A stretch of 36,090 nucleotides of DNA, taken from sequence record SRR31156797_208; one strand, given 5' to 3'. Positions 9,065 through 19,310 of the stretch are shown piece after piece. Made by a program: the position numbers and the translations under genes. Every line of letters starts with the position of its first letter. Positions within the stretch are counted from its first letter, which is position 1. The notes under the pieces were generated by a model. The model was not told where the DNA came from. It worked only from the letters and a program-made list of their open reading frames with translations, and made no database searches.

Positions 9065-10363
9065 TTAGTGTTCCGATAAACGCATCACTGTTTTCGACAC
9101 ATTCTCTGCACCACGATAGATTTCATCCATAACGGCGGACACTTCTGTAATTTTATCCTTACCCATACCAGAAATACTTGCCACAGTTTCCATTGAAGCT
9201 GATAAGTCCTCTGTCAGTTTTTGGTTGGCACTTACCACACTTGCAATATCCGCAGTCGATTGACTGGTTCTCGATGCCAATGTTCTGACTTCATCAGCCA
9301 CCACAGCAAACCCGCGCCCTTGCTCTCCTGCCCTTGCTGCTTCTATCGCTGCATTAAGAGCCAGTAAGTTGGTTTGTTCAGCAATACCTTTAATAATTGA
9401 TACGATATTAAAGATGTTCTGTGACTGAACATTGAGCATTTGTACTTTTTCTGCTGTGACTCTTACATCATCAGCAATTTGCGTTGAAATCTCTACAGAG
9501 TCATTCAAGAGAGCCGCACCTTGCTTCGCTATTTGAGACGTTTCAACCGACGTTGACAATGCAATCTCAGACGCTTCTTTAACAGCAAGGTTTTGATTCA
9601 CTTCGGGTGTTATATTTGACGCAAATTTAATGATTTTTGTCACTTTTCCAGTTCGGTCGATCACAGGGTTGTAAGTCGCTTCAAGCCAAATATCCTGACC
9701 ATAACTGTCCTTACGTAAAAATTGACCGGACTTAAATATGCCCTTACCCAACTCTTCCCAAAAGCGTGGGTTCTCTTGATAAAACTCACTGTGACATAAC
9801 ATCCTATGGTGCTGCCCCTTGATTTGAGACAACTTGTAACCAAAGACGCTTAGAAAGTTTTCGTTAGCATCAACAATATTCCCTGAAGGATCGAACTCAA
9901 TCACCGCTTGTGAACGGTTCAAGGCGTCAATCAGGTTAGTCTGTGCTTCGTCTTTCAAACGACGCTCGGTAATATCTGTGGCTATTTTCATAACTTTCAC
10001 AACTTGCCCTGCGTGCTTAACTGGGAAGTATGTCGCTTCTAACCAAATAGTTTGCCCACTTTTACTTACCCGTTCAAAAGCACCAGACTGAGGTATGCCA
10101 TTGGCGAGATCTTTCCAAAACTGAGCATATTGTTTCGACTGGCTCATGCTTGTACTACAAAATATGGAATGCTGTTTATCAACGATTTCTGTGAGTTGAT
10201 AACCGACAACATCAAGAAATAACGAATTGGCCGTGAGGATTTTTCCACTAGGAGTAAATTCAATGACAGCAACACTGTCACTAATAGAAGTGAATAGTGA
10301 ATCGCGTTTTGCGATTTCTTCATTTGCATTTTGCAACGCTAATTTTGTTTTTTTGCCAAACAT
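9065..10363 (-). CDS. Soluble methyl-accepting chemotaxis protein with two PAS/PAC domains (BdlA-like)
   Basis: Two AVIEF...AN..F...GY...H...C...W...WLEATY.PV repeats; signalling motif [34 protein letters not shown]; no transmembrane segment. Confidence 0.95.
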   Translation of the reverse strand: MFGKKTKLALQNANEEIAKRDSLFTSISDSVAVIEFTPSGKILTANSLFLDVVGYQLTEIVDKQHSIFCSTSMSQSKQYAQFWKDLANGIPQSGAFERVSKSGQTIWLEATYFPVKHAGQVVKVMKIATDITERRLKDEAQTNLIDALNRSQAVIEFDPSGNIVDANENFLSVFGYKLSQIKGQHHRMLCHSEFYQENPRFWEELGKGIFKSGQFLRKDSYGQDIWLEATYNPVIDRTGKVTKIIKFASNITPEVNQNLAVKEASEIALSTSVETSQIAKQGAALLNDSVEISTQIADDVRVTAEKVQMLNVQSQNIFNIVSIIKGIAEQTNLLALNAAIEAARAGEQGRGFAVVADEVRTLASRTSQSTADIASVVSANQKLTEDLSASMETVASISGMGKDKITEVSAVMDEIYRGAENVSKTVMRLSEH

Positions 10364-10736
10364 ACATACCCTATCAATGGTGAGTAGTAATCAAAATCCT
10401 TTCAATTACCACTTAAGTATTAGTACCCCGTAGTACAGAGAAAGGCATAAGCAACCTCCATTAAAAGTACTTTTATTAAGTAAATCCAATGGGTTAAACA
10501 CCTCAACAACCAGTATCGTCAAAACAATTCAATTTACAGTACGGCTTTAACCAAGCTGTCGTCAAAACACAACAGCAATTGATGTACCAAATGTTAAATC
10601 AACAACAAATACACAACTCAAATAATTTACATTTATTTAACTTAAGTCGCTGAGTTTAATATTAATTATTCCAAGAATTTCACCATTAGCAGGTGTATTA
10701 TGTATTTGTAACAAGATATAAATTACTGAGGTTCGA

Positions 10737-11801
10737 ATGAACAACACAGCAAACTACGATGACGTAAGTGCTTCTGAACGAATGAGTTTTCTGGATCGAT
10801 TCTTAACCGTATGGATTTTTTTGGCGATGGCTATTGGGGTTGGAATCGGTGTGCTGTTTCCACAAGTTGCTCAGTGGAATGAAAGCATGTCCGTTGGCTC
10901 AACAAACATTCCTTTGGCCATTGGTCTGATCCTGATGATGTATCCACCTTTAGCTAAGGTGAACTATAGCCTATTGGGTGAAGTCACCCGAGACAAAAGA
11001 GCCATCAGCCTTTCATTAATCATGAATTGGATTGTTGGACCGATTCTGATGTTCACACTGGCGATCATTTTTCTCCACGATAAACCGGGGTACATGGTAG
11101 GCCTAATTCTTATCGGGCTTGCGCGATGTATTGCAATGGTATTGGTGTGGAACGATATCAGTGGCGGTAATAAAGAATACGGAGCAACATTAGTTGCCCT
11201 TAACAGCGCTTTCCAAATTGTTACTTACAGTTTTATGGCCTGGTTGTTTATCACTTTATTACCACCTTATTTTGGACTTGAAAGCTTTGTCGTAGATGTC
11301 ACTATCTTGGATATTGCGAAGAGTGTACTCATTTATCTCGGCATTCCGTTTCTAGCTGGTTTCTTGAGTAGAAAAGTCCTGGTTTCTGCGAAAGGTGAGC
11401 AATGGTATAACGACGTTTTTATTCCCCGAATTTCACCTATCACCCTGATAGCATTACTAGCAACTATCATTCTAATGTTTAGCCTTAAGGGCGAGATGAT
11501 TATCGACTTACCTTTGGATGTGTTACAAGTCGCTATACCGCTTGTGATCTATTTTATGGTGATGTTTTTTGCCAGTTTTTATATCGGAAAGCGAATGGAA
11601 CTTCCTTATGATCAAAACGCTTCCATCGCGTTTACCTCTTCAGGAAACAACTTTGAATTGGCTATCGCTGTATCAATAGCCGTGTTCGGACTCAATTCTG
11701 ATCAAGCGTTTGCCGGTGTTATTGGTCCTCTGGTCGAAGTTCCAGTATTAATCGCTCTGGTTAACGTTGCTCTGAGAATGAAACGTAAATATTACGCTTA
11801 A
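10737..11801 (+). CDS. acr3: ACR3-family arsenite efflux permease
   Basis: [29 protein letters not shown] (essential Cys), [26 protein letters not shown]. Confidence 0.95.
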   Translation: MNNTANYDDVSASERMSFLDRFLTVWIFLAMAIGVGIGVLFPQVAQWNESMSVGSTNIPLAIGLILMMYPPLAKVNYSLLGEVTRDKRAISLSLIMNWIVGPILMFTLAIIFLHDKPGYMVGLILIGLARCIAMVLVWNDISGGNKEYGATLVALNSAFQIVTYSFMAWLFITLLPPYFGLESFVVDVTILDIAKSVLIYLGIPFLAGFLSRKVLVSAKGEQWYNDVFIPRISPITLIALLATIILMFSLKGEMIIDLPLDVLQVAIPLVIYFMVMFFASFYIGKRMELPYDQNASIAFTSSGNNFELAIAVSIAVFGLNSDQAFAGVIGPLVEVPVLIALVNVALRMKRKYYA

Positions 11802-11834
11802 TCCGTTGCGCGACGTTTTAAACGCCAAAAAACA

Positions 11835-11861
11835 AAAGCCAGCGAATAAACGCTGGCTTTT
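11835..11861. terminator. Bidirectional intrinsic terminator between acr3 and ilvE
   Basis: AAAAGCCAGCG-AATAAA-CGCTGGCTTTT. Confidence 0.85.
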
Positions 11862-11877
11862 CTATGTCATATTTTGA

Positions 11878-12876
11878 TTAAGCGATTTTGGTTAGCCAGT
11901 TATGCGTGTCTGGGGCTTTACCCCACTGAATGTCATTCAGTGACTGACGAAGTTTTTGCGCTACCGGACCTGGTTCACCTGAGCCGACTTTGTAGTCTTC
12001 GCCGTTGTGGATCAGTGTACCCACTGAAGTTAACACGGCTGCAGTACCTGAAAGCATGGCTTCAACACCGGGTTTCGCAGCACGCTCTAAAAGCTCTTCT
12101 ACTGATACTTCACGTTCGCTGACTGTCATACCTAAATCTTTAGCGATCGTTAAAATACTTGAACGTGTTACACCGTGCAGGAAGCTTGAATCTAATGCTT
12201 TGGTAATGATTTCATTACCATCCACGAGTAGGAAGTTTGCTGCGCCAGTTTCAGTGATGTAGCCATTTGGACAGAACAGAACCTGATCCGCTTGGTACTT
12301 CTCTTTTGCTTCTAGCGTTGGCGAAAGCGCGCTCGCGTAGTTACCACCACTCTTAATCATACCCATGTGCGGGGCACAACGTTGGCCTGTTTCATCCAAC
12401 AGCAGACGAAGCGCCGTTGCACCACCAGCAAAGTAATCCCCCACTGGAGAAAGTAGCACGTACATCAAAGATGTTAGTGAAGGTGCTGCGGCTTTACCTA
12501 CTGCCGCTTCGGTACCGATATGAGTCGGGCGAATGTACATCGACCCTGGAGGCGTCGGAACATCGGCAGCGTACTCGGCCACGATATCAACGATCATCTT
12601 AGACAGTTGTTCTTTGTTGATTTCAGGCAATGAAAGAAGTTTGCTGCTTTGAGCGAAGCGGTCGACGTTTTGGTCCATTCGAAAGACGTGCACACTGCCG
12701 TCTTCGTGACGGAATGCTTTTAAACCTTCAAAACAAGTACTTGAGTAATGAAGGACGTGTGCGCCTGGGTGTAAAGAAATGCTATCTGATGCAACGATAT
12801 CAGCGTCAGTCCATTGATTATTTTCGAATGTTGCTAATGCCATTTTAGGCATGAACACGGTACCAAAAGCCGCCAT
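11878..12876 (-). CDS. ilvE: Branched-chain amino-acid aminotransferase (PLP fold IV)
   Basis: LHYSSTCFEGLKAF, YIRP, PLP-Lys in KSGGNY, ETGAANF, GVTR, SGTAA; AGGA RBS. Confidence 0.92.
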   Translation of the reverse strand: MAAFGTVFMPKMALATFENNQWTDADIVASDSISLHPGAHVLHYSSTCFEGLKAFRHEDGSVHVFRMDQNVDRFAQSSKLLSLPEINKEQLSKMIVDIVAEYAADVPTPPGSMYIRPTHIGTEAAVGKAAAPSLTSLMYVLLSPVGDYFAGGATALRLLLDETGQRCAPHMGMIKSGGNYASALSPTLEAKEKYQADQVLFCPNGYITETGAANFLLVDGNEIITKALDSSFLHGVTRSSILTIAKDLGMTVSEREVSVEELLERAAKPGVEAMLSGTAAVLTSVGTLIHNGEDYKVGSGEPGPVAQKLRQSLNDIQWGKAPDTHNWLTKIA

Positions 12877-13147
12877 ATGTTTTCCTACAAGTATTTACTA
12901 AAAGATAAGTCCGTTAAGTCTGGGCAGATGATGTGAAAGGATGTCCAATACTTAGTTTCAAAATACTAAAACAGATTGAGTTTGTAAGAAAGAGCGTTTG
13001 TTCAATTAAAAGGCTCTTAACAGCAATTATTATTATTTTTCACAAACATGCTCCAACGAACTGATGACAAATCACTCAAGCCAAAAAAGTTAGAAGTCAC
13101 TCTCAATTATCTCCACATAAAATTGTGACCCTAATTCGTTCATGCTT

Positions 13148-13220
13148 GTATCCAACGCCTGAAACCGATAGTCCGCGACACGCAGTGGAAACAGCATAAC
13201 AACTTCGGCGTTGGGCGTAC
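13148..13220 (+). ncRNA. Candidate structured RNA element in the ilvE-sbmA intergenic region
   Basis: Outer stem CCAACGCC(T)GAA 13152-13163 pairs with TTCGGCGTTGG 13204-13214; inner hairpin TCCGC/GTGGA; G-U pairs favour the plus strand. No family recognised. Confidence 0.3.
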
Positions 13221-13264
13221 TCTAAACTACAACCAACACTGAACTTGCTCATATTTCAATCGAA

Positions 13265-13301
13265 CCATCTGAATAATAGCCAAGTTCGTTTATTCAGATG
13301 G
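13265..13301. other. Perfect 12-bp inverted repeat (hairpin)
   Basis: CCATCTGAATAA (13265-13276) / TTATTCAGATGG (13290-13301), 13-nt loop, no adjacent U-tract. Confidence 0.6.
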
Positions 13302-13361
13302 CCTTAGCTATGATTTTTTCTTACTATTCATAAAACTAATCGTATTTTATGCGGTCTCTAG

Positions 13362-13420
13362 TATACCCAAATCACTAGTTGATGTTCGTTAAGCAACAAG
13401 CCTAGAATCACTTAGGTATA
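13362..13420. repeat. Short degenerate ERIC/MITE-like element
   Basis: Ends TATACCCAA ... TTAGGTATA (8/9 inverted match) resemble the TATACCC...GGGTATA termini of ERIC-type repeats of enterobacteria and vibrios; only 59 bp. Confidence 0.5.
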
Positions 13421-13463
13421 TACTTGATTTTATATTGACAGTAGTAACCACAAGGAATGTTTT

Positions 13464-14735
13464 GTGTTTAGTTCATTTTTTCCAAAACCAAAGTTGTTTT
13501 TTCTTAGCTTCGTATTTTGGGCTCTATTCTGTGTCATTGGCTGGTATACCGTCATTGACGATCTGGGGCCTCACCTGAGTTTAGGGCATCTGTTTGGTGT
13601 TGATTATCCAGCGGCTTTAGCAGAAGGAGCATCAGAAGCGGCTAACGCTGAATTTAACGCCGCTACAGAAACAGCGACGAACGTATGGCTCTACCAGTTT
13701 ATGATCGTGTGTTACGCGCTTTACATCGCCATCTGGATGAAACTGGGAGGTCAAAAATGGGCTAAATGGTCCGTCATGGGCTCAGGCTTAATCGTGTTTA
13801 TTACCTGGTTCCAAGTTGAAGTCAGTGTCATGCTAAATGAGTGGTATGGTGATTTCTACAACCTAATTCAGAAAGCCTTAACCGCACCTAACAGCATTAC
13901 TCTTGCCGAATTTTACTCGGAACTCTCGACCGTAATGGTATTACTAATGATCGCGATTATGGTTGCCGTCGGTAATGCGTTTTTCGTAAGTCATTTCGTG
14001 TTCCGCTGGCGTACTGCAATGACCGAGCACTACACCTCGAAATGGGAGCATGTTCGTCACATCGAAGGGGCGGCACAGCGTATTCAGGAAGACACCATGC
14101 GTTTTGCTAGCATCATGGAAAGCTTGGGAGTTCGTCTTCTCAACTCGATAATGACGTTAATCGCCTTCCTGCCTATTTTGTGGGGATTGTCGGGTTACGT
14201 CACCTCCCTGCCTTTTGTCGGTGAAGTACCTCAAGCACTGGTGTTTGTTGCGATCCTTTGGTCAATTTTCGGCACGGTACTATTGGCGTTCGCGGGTATC
14301 AAGCTACCGGGACTGGAGTTCAACAACCAGAAAGTTGAGGCAGCTTACCGTAAAGAACTGGTTTATGGTGAAGATTACGAAGATCGAGCGCACCCGTTAA
14401 CACTGGAAGAGCTGTTTTCCAACGTACGCAGTAACTACTTCAAACTGTATATGCACTATGTCTATTTCAATGTGGTTCGTTATGGCTACCTTCAATTTGG
14501 TGCTTTCATTCCGTTTATTGCCCTTGCTCCTTCTATCGTGGCTGGTGCTTTCACCCTAGGTGTAATGCAACGAATCATGAACGCATTCAATCAGGTCGAG
14601 AACTCATTCCAGTATTTGGTTAACTCATGGACGACGATTGTAGAACTGCTTTCCATTTACAAACGTTTGAAAGCATTTGAACACGCCTACCAAGTAAAAG
14701 CCGATAGCTTAATAGAAGCTGAAGAAATCAGTTAA
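13464..14735 (+). CDS. sbmA: SbmA/BacA peptide antibiotic transporter
   Basis: MFSSFFPKPKLFF N-terminus, SHFVFRWRTAM, HIEGAAQRIQEDTMRF, LPGLEFNNQKVEAAYRKELVYGED, SFQYLVNSWTTIVELLSIYKRL; GTG start after AAGGA. Confidence 0.96.
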   Translation: MFSSFFPKPKLFFLSFVFWALFCVIGWYTVIDDLGPHLSLGHLFGVDYPAALAEGASEAANAEFNAATETATNVWLYQFMIVCYALYIAIWMKLGGQKWAKWSVMGSGLIVFITWFQVEVSVMLNEWYGDFYNLIQKALTAPNSITLAEFYSELSTVMVLLMIAIMVAVGNAFFVSHFVFRWRTAMTEHYTSKWEHVRHIEGAAQRIQEDTMRFASIMESLGVRLLNSIMTLIAFLPILWGLSGYVTSLPFVGEVPQALVFVAILWSIFGTVLLAFAGIKLPGLEFNNQKVEAAYRKELVYGEDYEDRAHPLTLEELFSNVRSNYFKLYMHYVYFNVVRYGYLQFGAFIPFIALAPSIVAGAFTLGVMQRIMNAFNQVENSFQYLVNSWTTIVELLSIYKRLKAFEHAYQVKADSLIEAEEIS

Positions 14736-14751
14736 TCACTGAACGATGGAT

Positions 14752-14781
14752 AAAGCCCCGTAATAAATACGGGGCTTTTTT
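14752..14781 (+). terminator. Intrinsic terminator after sbmA (probably bidirectional)
   Basis: AAAGCCCCGTA-ATAAA-TACGGGGCTTT followed by a T-tract. Confidence 0.88.
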
Positions 14782-14801
14782 GTTGGGTTAGCCGTAATCA
14801 G

Positions 14802-17800
14802 TTACTCCTCGTCTAAAGTAACCAAACGTGTGCTGCCTCCATGGGCTTTTTCACGCTTACGCTGAACCAGAGCGAAGAAACCCGGAATCATCAAGGTACC
14901 GACAATAAGAACACATAATAAGCCACCAATTAGAGCCACCCCTAAAGAGTTTTGGCTAATGTGTCCCGCACCGCTTGCAAACACCAGTGGGAACATACCG
15001 AGAATGAATGACCATGACGTCATATTCACCGCTCGGAAACGAAGTTTTCCTCCTTCCACTGATGCCTGTTCAATGGGCAATTCTTTTTCCTCTCGCTCGA
15101 CTTTGGCAAACTCGACAATGAGTATTGCATTCTTTGCGGCGAGCGCTATGAGCAGTACCAGACCAATTTGCGCATAAAGGTTTAAGGGCATACCCGCAAT
15201 GTTTAGTGCCAAAAACGCCCCCAGAGTTGCCAGTGGTACCACTAATATTATCGCCAGAGGAATAGTCCAGCTTTCATACTGCGCCACTAAGAATAGATAA
15301 ATAAATATTAATGCCAAAGCGAACGCGTAAATTGCCTGATTTCCAGCTAAAACCTCCTGATACGCCATTCCTGTCCATTCATATTGATACCCTTGCGGCA
15401 GAACTTCAGCCGCTACTCGTTCCATTTCTGCAATGGCATCACCACTTGAATACCCCGGAGCCGGTTGCCCCTGAATGACAGCGCTGCGGTACATGTTGTA
15501 TCGCCATGCGACATCCGGTTCGAATATTTGTTCATAAGTGATCAATGTGCTCAGAGGAACCATATCCCCTGATTTTGAGCGAACGTGAAAACGTTCCAGA
15601 TCTTCCATTCCAGAACGATACTGACTATCAGCCTGCATAGAGACACGGAAATTTTTCCCCCACATAGTGAAGTCGTTGACATAAAGCGAGCCCAAGTTAC
15701 CCTGTAGCGTTTGAAATATTGACGCTAATGGAATACCAAGCTGCTGAGCTTTATCTCTATCGATATCGACATAGTAGTGCGGAACATTCGCTCTGAATGT
15801 ACTAAACGCGTAACCAATCTCAGGCTGGGCATTGGCTGTTTGAATCACATCGGACATGACCATCGCTAAATCGCTTCGGCTGCGCCCTAGTGTATCTTCC
15901 AGAACAAATTCAAAACCTGATGCAGCCCCCATCCCTGGAACAGCCGGTGGTCCCATTGCAAACACGACCGCCTGAGGAATCGATTGAGCAGCTTTGCTAT
16001 TGATTCTTTGAGCAATAGCGTTTGCAGAATGATCACCATCAAAACCGTTTCGTGTGTCCCAATCATGAAGTTTCACAAACACTGAAGCACCATTAGAGGC
16101 AGCAGCACCTGTCATGAAAGCAAATCCGTTGGCAACAGTAACACCATCGACTCCCGGCTCATCTTCCACTAACTTCAGTAACTGTTCGGTCACTTGCTCA
16201 GTACGTGACAGCGATGCTGCATCGGGTAACTGTACATTGACCAACAAAACACCTTTATCTTCCTGAGGAACAAAAGCGCTCGACGTTGTTTTGGCAAAGA
16301 AACTCACAGCCACGACTGCAACCATAAAAAACGTGACTAGCAAAATCGATTTTTTAACCAGAACACCAGCTACTTTTCCATAACGCTCTGTCAGCCGCTC
16401 TAGACCCCGGTTAAAGGTTTTGTACCAGCTTGCCGTATTTCCACCGCCCTGTTTGAGAACCAGAGAACACAGTGCCGGTGCCAGTGTTAACGCGTTAATG
16501 GAAGAAATGACAACTGAGATACAAATCGTCAGCGCGAACTGTCGGTACATAATACCGGTGATACCCGGCAGCATAGCGACAGGAATAAACACGGCTAATA
16601 GTACCAGCGTAGAAGTAATTATCGGCCCTGTGACTTCCTTCATCGCAAGCAGCGTTGCTTTTCTAGGTGACATTGTTGGATCTTTTGCCATTGTGGTATC
16701 GACATTTTCAATAACCAAAATGGCATCATCAACAACGATACCAATCGCCAAAATCAATCCAAACAAAGTTACGGTATTAATCGTAAACCCCGTCGTTTGC
16801 ATAATCGCAAAAGTACCGATGAGAGAGACTGGTATCGCGACAACAGGTATAAACGTCGCTCGCGCATTTCCCAAAAATAGGTATGTCACCACAATAACGA
16901 GTAATATGGCTTCGATTAGCGTTTTGACCACACCTTTGATCGATTCAGCAACAAAAAGCGTCGTATCGTAACTTGTTTCGTAAGCCATCCCCTCTGGGAA
17001 ATTAACACTCAAGTTATCAAGCAAACTCATCACCGCTTCACCACTTTCCAACGCATTAGCATCGGATTGAAGCGACAAAGCAATAATCGAAGCATCTTGA
17101 CCACGGAATTGACCATTGCCATCGTAGAATTTTTTGCCAAGTTCGACTCTGGCAATATCTTTCAAGTAAACCGTCGAACCATCGTTAGTCGCACGAATAA
17201 TCACATGCTCGAACTCATCTACCGATTCCAATCGACCTTTTGTGACCAGATTAAACTGTACTTCCTGAGGATTATGGTAAGGCGCAGAACCGACTCTACC
17301 CGCGGCTACTTGAACGTTTTGTTCAGCCAATGCGCTATAAACATCAGAGGTGGTAATGTTTAGGTTGGCCATTTTTTCTGGATCGAGCCATACACGCATC
17401 GCGTATTCACCCCCACCGATAACATTGACATCACTGATGCCTTTTACACGGGCGAGCTGATCTTTTACATTCAGGTTAATGTAGTTAATTAAAAACTGAT
17501 CATCATACCTTCCATCTGGCGAATAGAAGTTCAACACCATCAATATATCTGGCGAACGCTTTTTCACGGTGACGCCGACCATTCTAACTTCTTGTGGCAA
17601 CTTAGATTCAATCTGAGAAACTCGGTTCTGAACATTCACCTGAGCCATGTCAGGGTCTGTGCCTACATCGAAAGTCACATTTAAGCTATACGAGCCATCA
17701 TTAGCGCTTTTAGAAGACATATAAATCATGTCTTCTACGCCATTGACGGATGTTTCTATCGGGTCTGCAATTGCCTGCTCTACCACTTCTGCACTTGCAC

Positions 17801-17954
17801 CAGAATACACAGCACTGACACTGACCGAAGGTGGACTGATTTGGGGATACTCCGCTACTGGCAAAACAGCCAGGGATATAGCCCCAGCCAAGGTCAGAAT
17901 AATAGAGATGACCAGCGCAAATTTCGGCCGCTGGATAAAGAAACGACTTAACAT
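14802..17954 (-). CDS. RND efflux permease (HAE1 family)
   Basis: 1050 aa; [28 protein letters not shown] proton relay, [19 protein letters not shown]. Confidence 0.96.
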   Translation of the reverse strand: MLSRFFIQRPKFALVISIILTLAGAISLAVLPVAEYPQISPPSVSVSAVYSGASAEVVEQAIADPIETSVNGVEDMIYMSSKSANDGSYSLNVTFDVGTDPDMAQVNVQNRVSQIESKLPQEVRMVGVTVKKRSPDILMVLNFYSPDGRYDDQFLINYINLNVKDQLARVKGISDVNVIGGGEYAMRVWLDPEKMANLNITTSDVYSALAEQNVQVAAGRVGSAPYHNPQEVQFNLVTKGRLESVDEFEHVIIRATNDGSTVYLKDIARVELGKKFYDGNGQFRGQDASIIALSLQSDANALESGEAVMSLLDNLSVNFPEGMAYETSYDTTLFVAESIKGVVKTLIEAILLVIVVTYLFLGNARATFIPVVAIPVSLIGTFAIMQTTGFTINTVTLFGLILAIGIVVDDAILVIENVDTTMAKDPTMSPRKATLLAMKEVTGPIITSTLVLLAVFIPVAMLPGITGIMYRQFALTICISVVISSINALTLAPALCSLVLKQGGGNTASWYKTFNRGLERLTERYGKVAGVLVKKSILLVTFFMVAVVAVSFFAKTTSSAFVPQEDKGVLLVNVQLPDAASLSRTEQVTEQLLKLVEDEPGVDGVTVANGFAFMTGAAASNGASVFVKLHDWDTRNGFDGDHSANAIAQRINSKAAQSIPQAVVFAMGPPAVPGMGAASGFEFVLEDTLGRSRSDLAMVMSDVIQTANAQPEIGYAFSTFRANVPHYYVDIDRDKAQQLGIPLASIFQTLQGNLGSLYVNDFTMWGKNFRVSMQADSQYRSGMEDLERFHVRSKSGDMVPLSTLITYEQIFEPDVAWRYNMYRSAVIQGQPAPGYSSGDAIAEMERVAAEVLPQGYQYEWTGMAYQEVLAGNQAIYAFALALIFIYLFLVAQYESWTIPLAIILVVPLATLGAFLALNIAGMPLNLYAQIGLVLLIALAAKNAILIVEFAKVEREEKELPIEQASVEGGKLRFRAVNMTSWSFILGMFPLVFASGAGHISQNSLGVALIGGLLCVLIVGTLMIPGFFALVQRKREKAHGGSTRLVTLDEE

Positions 17955-17957
17955 TGA

Positions 17958-19079
17958 TTAATCCACCGACTTAGGTTGTTGAATTGAAACGGGTACACCG
18001 TTGCGGACACGCTGTAGCCCCTGAACAATGACAAGCTCATCTATACGGATACCACTGGTCAGAATGATGCCCTGTTCCAGCTGTTTCCCCATCTCAACAT
18101 TACGACGTTCGGCAATATTTCCTTGGGTAACCACCATAACGTAATTGCCTTCCAAATCGGTTTGGACAGCTCGTCTGGGAACGACTATCGCATCTTTCGC
18201 TTGGCTATTTCTCAGCTCGACACGAATATGCTGTCCCGGCAATAATTGCTGGTGTGGATTGGGAATCTGAGCACGAATCGCTAAAGTACCCGTATTCAGG
18301 TCAATACGGTTCCCAAGATAGTCTAATGTGCCTAAATACGGGTATTGAGAGTTATCTTCCAGCAGCACCTGAACTTCAACTTTATCAACGCCCTGATGGC
18401 CGTTGCCTGTCACCTTATCCATACCGAACGTGAGTCGCTCTCGTTCACTGATTCGAACAGCAGCATGAACAGGATCTAAACTGACCAAGGTTGCTAAAAC
18501 CCCTGAAGAGGGAGAAACAAGTTCACCGGTACTGACACTCGTTTGACTGATTCTTCCGTCAAACGGTGCTCTGATTTCAGTATACGAAAGATTGACTTGA
18601 GCCAAGTTAAGTTGCGCTTCAGCCACCTCTACTTGTGCCTGAGCCCCTAAATGGTTGCTGGTCAGTGCGTCAAATTCGGACTGTGAAATACTCCCTCGTG
18701 GTAGCAGTTCTTTACCACGACTATAATCTAACTCTGATTTTTTGAGATTGGCTAATGCTTGTGCCAAAGACGCTTTTGCACTAGCTAGCTGAGCTTGGAA
18801 CGATGACGGTTCAATGGTATATAGCAAATCGCCGGCTTTCACCATCTGGCCTTCGTCAAAATGACGCTGTTTCAGGTAACCTGAAACTTGCGCAGTGATC
18901 GCTAAATCTTCTACCGCTTCAACTCGCCCTATGTACGACTTGCTCTGCTTATGCTCAATAACCTCAACGCTTTGCACAACAACCGTTGGTAAGGACACCG
19001 CTGTTTGCTGAGCGTCTTGCCCACAACCGGATAAAGCTAGAACACCCACTAATACCGATAATTTGGATCTCATTCTCAT
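17958..19079 (-). CDS. RND periplasmic adaptor (membrane fusion lipoprotein)
   Basis: Lipobox LSGC; AQVSGYL, LSYTEIRAPFDGRIS, LLPGQ. Confidence 0.94.
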   Translation of the reverse strand: MRMRSKLSVLVGVLALSGCGQDAQQTAVSLPTVVVQSVEVIEHKQSKSYIGRVEAVEDLAITAQVSGYLKQRHFDEGQMVKAGDLLYTIEPSSFQAQLASAKASLAQALANLKKSELDYSRGKELLPRGSISQSEFDALTSNHLGAQAQVEVAEAQLNLAQVNLSYTEIRAPFDGRISQTSVSTGELVSPSSGVLATLVSLDPVHAAVRISERERLTFGMDKVTGNGHQGVDKVEVQVLLEDNSQYPYLGTLDYLGNRIDLNTGTLAIRAQIPNPHQQLLPGQHIRVELRNSQAKDAIVVPRRAVQTDLEGNYVMVVTQGNIAERRNVEMGKQLEQGIILTSGIRIDELVIVQGLQRVRNGVPVSIQQPKSVD

Positions 19080-19270
19080 TCAGTTAACCATCTTAAAAAA
19101 CTTGATGGCACGGAATTTAATTAATACAACACACCGTTCTGTCCGAGCCTTGTCAGAAGAACCCTACAAATTGTATGGAAATATTTCGAATCAATTCAGA
19201 GAACTTACAAATATGGGGAAAGGGAATATATGCAGATAGATAATATGAAAGGTTTATAAATCAACGATTC

Positions 19271-19300
19271 AAAAAATTAAAGCCTCATACGAGGCTTTAA
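19271..19300 (-). terminator. Intrinsic terminator of the allantoin catabolic operon
   Basis: TTAAAGCCTC-ATAC-GAGGCTTTAA with A6 at 19271-19276 (U-tract on the minus strand). Confidence 0.8.
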
Positions 19301-19310
19301 CATCCAATGG

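Noticed and set aside
10511-10583. Sigma28 promoter for the chemoreceptor
   Set aside because: GACGATAC/GACGACAG are weak -10 matches, and the better one has wrong spacing to TAAA.
13152-13214. Glycine riboswitch on the minus strand (CGCCGAAG...TTTCAGGCG) upstream of ilvE
   Set aside because: Only the P3-like core resembles it; GGAGA and the P1 elements are missing, and wobble pairs favour the other strand.
13200-13265. SigmaE promoter for sbmA
   Set aside because: GAACTT/CAACTT are present, but spacing to TCNAA is 13 or 15 bp rather than 16.
16420-16971. 183-aa plus-strand ORF and other short ORFs inside the RND gene
   Set aside because: Antisense shadows of a hydrophobic membrane-protein gene.
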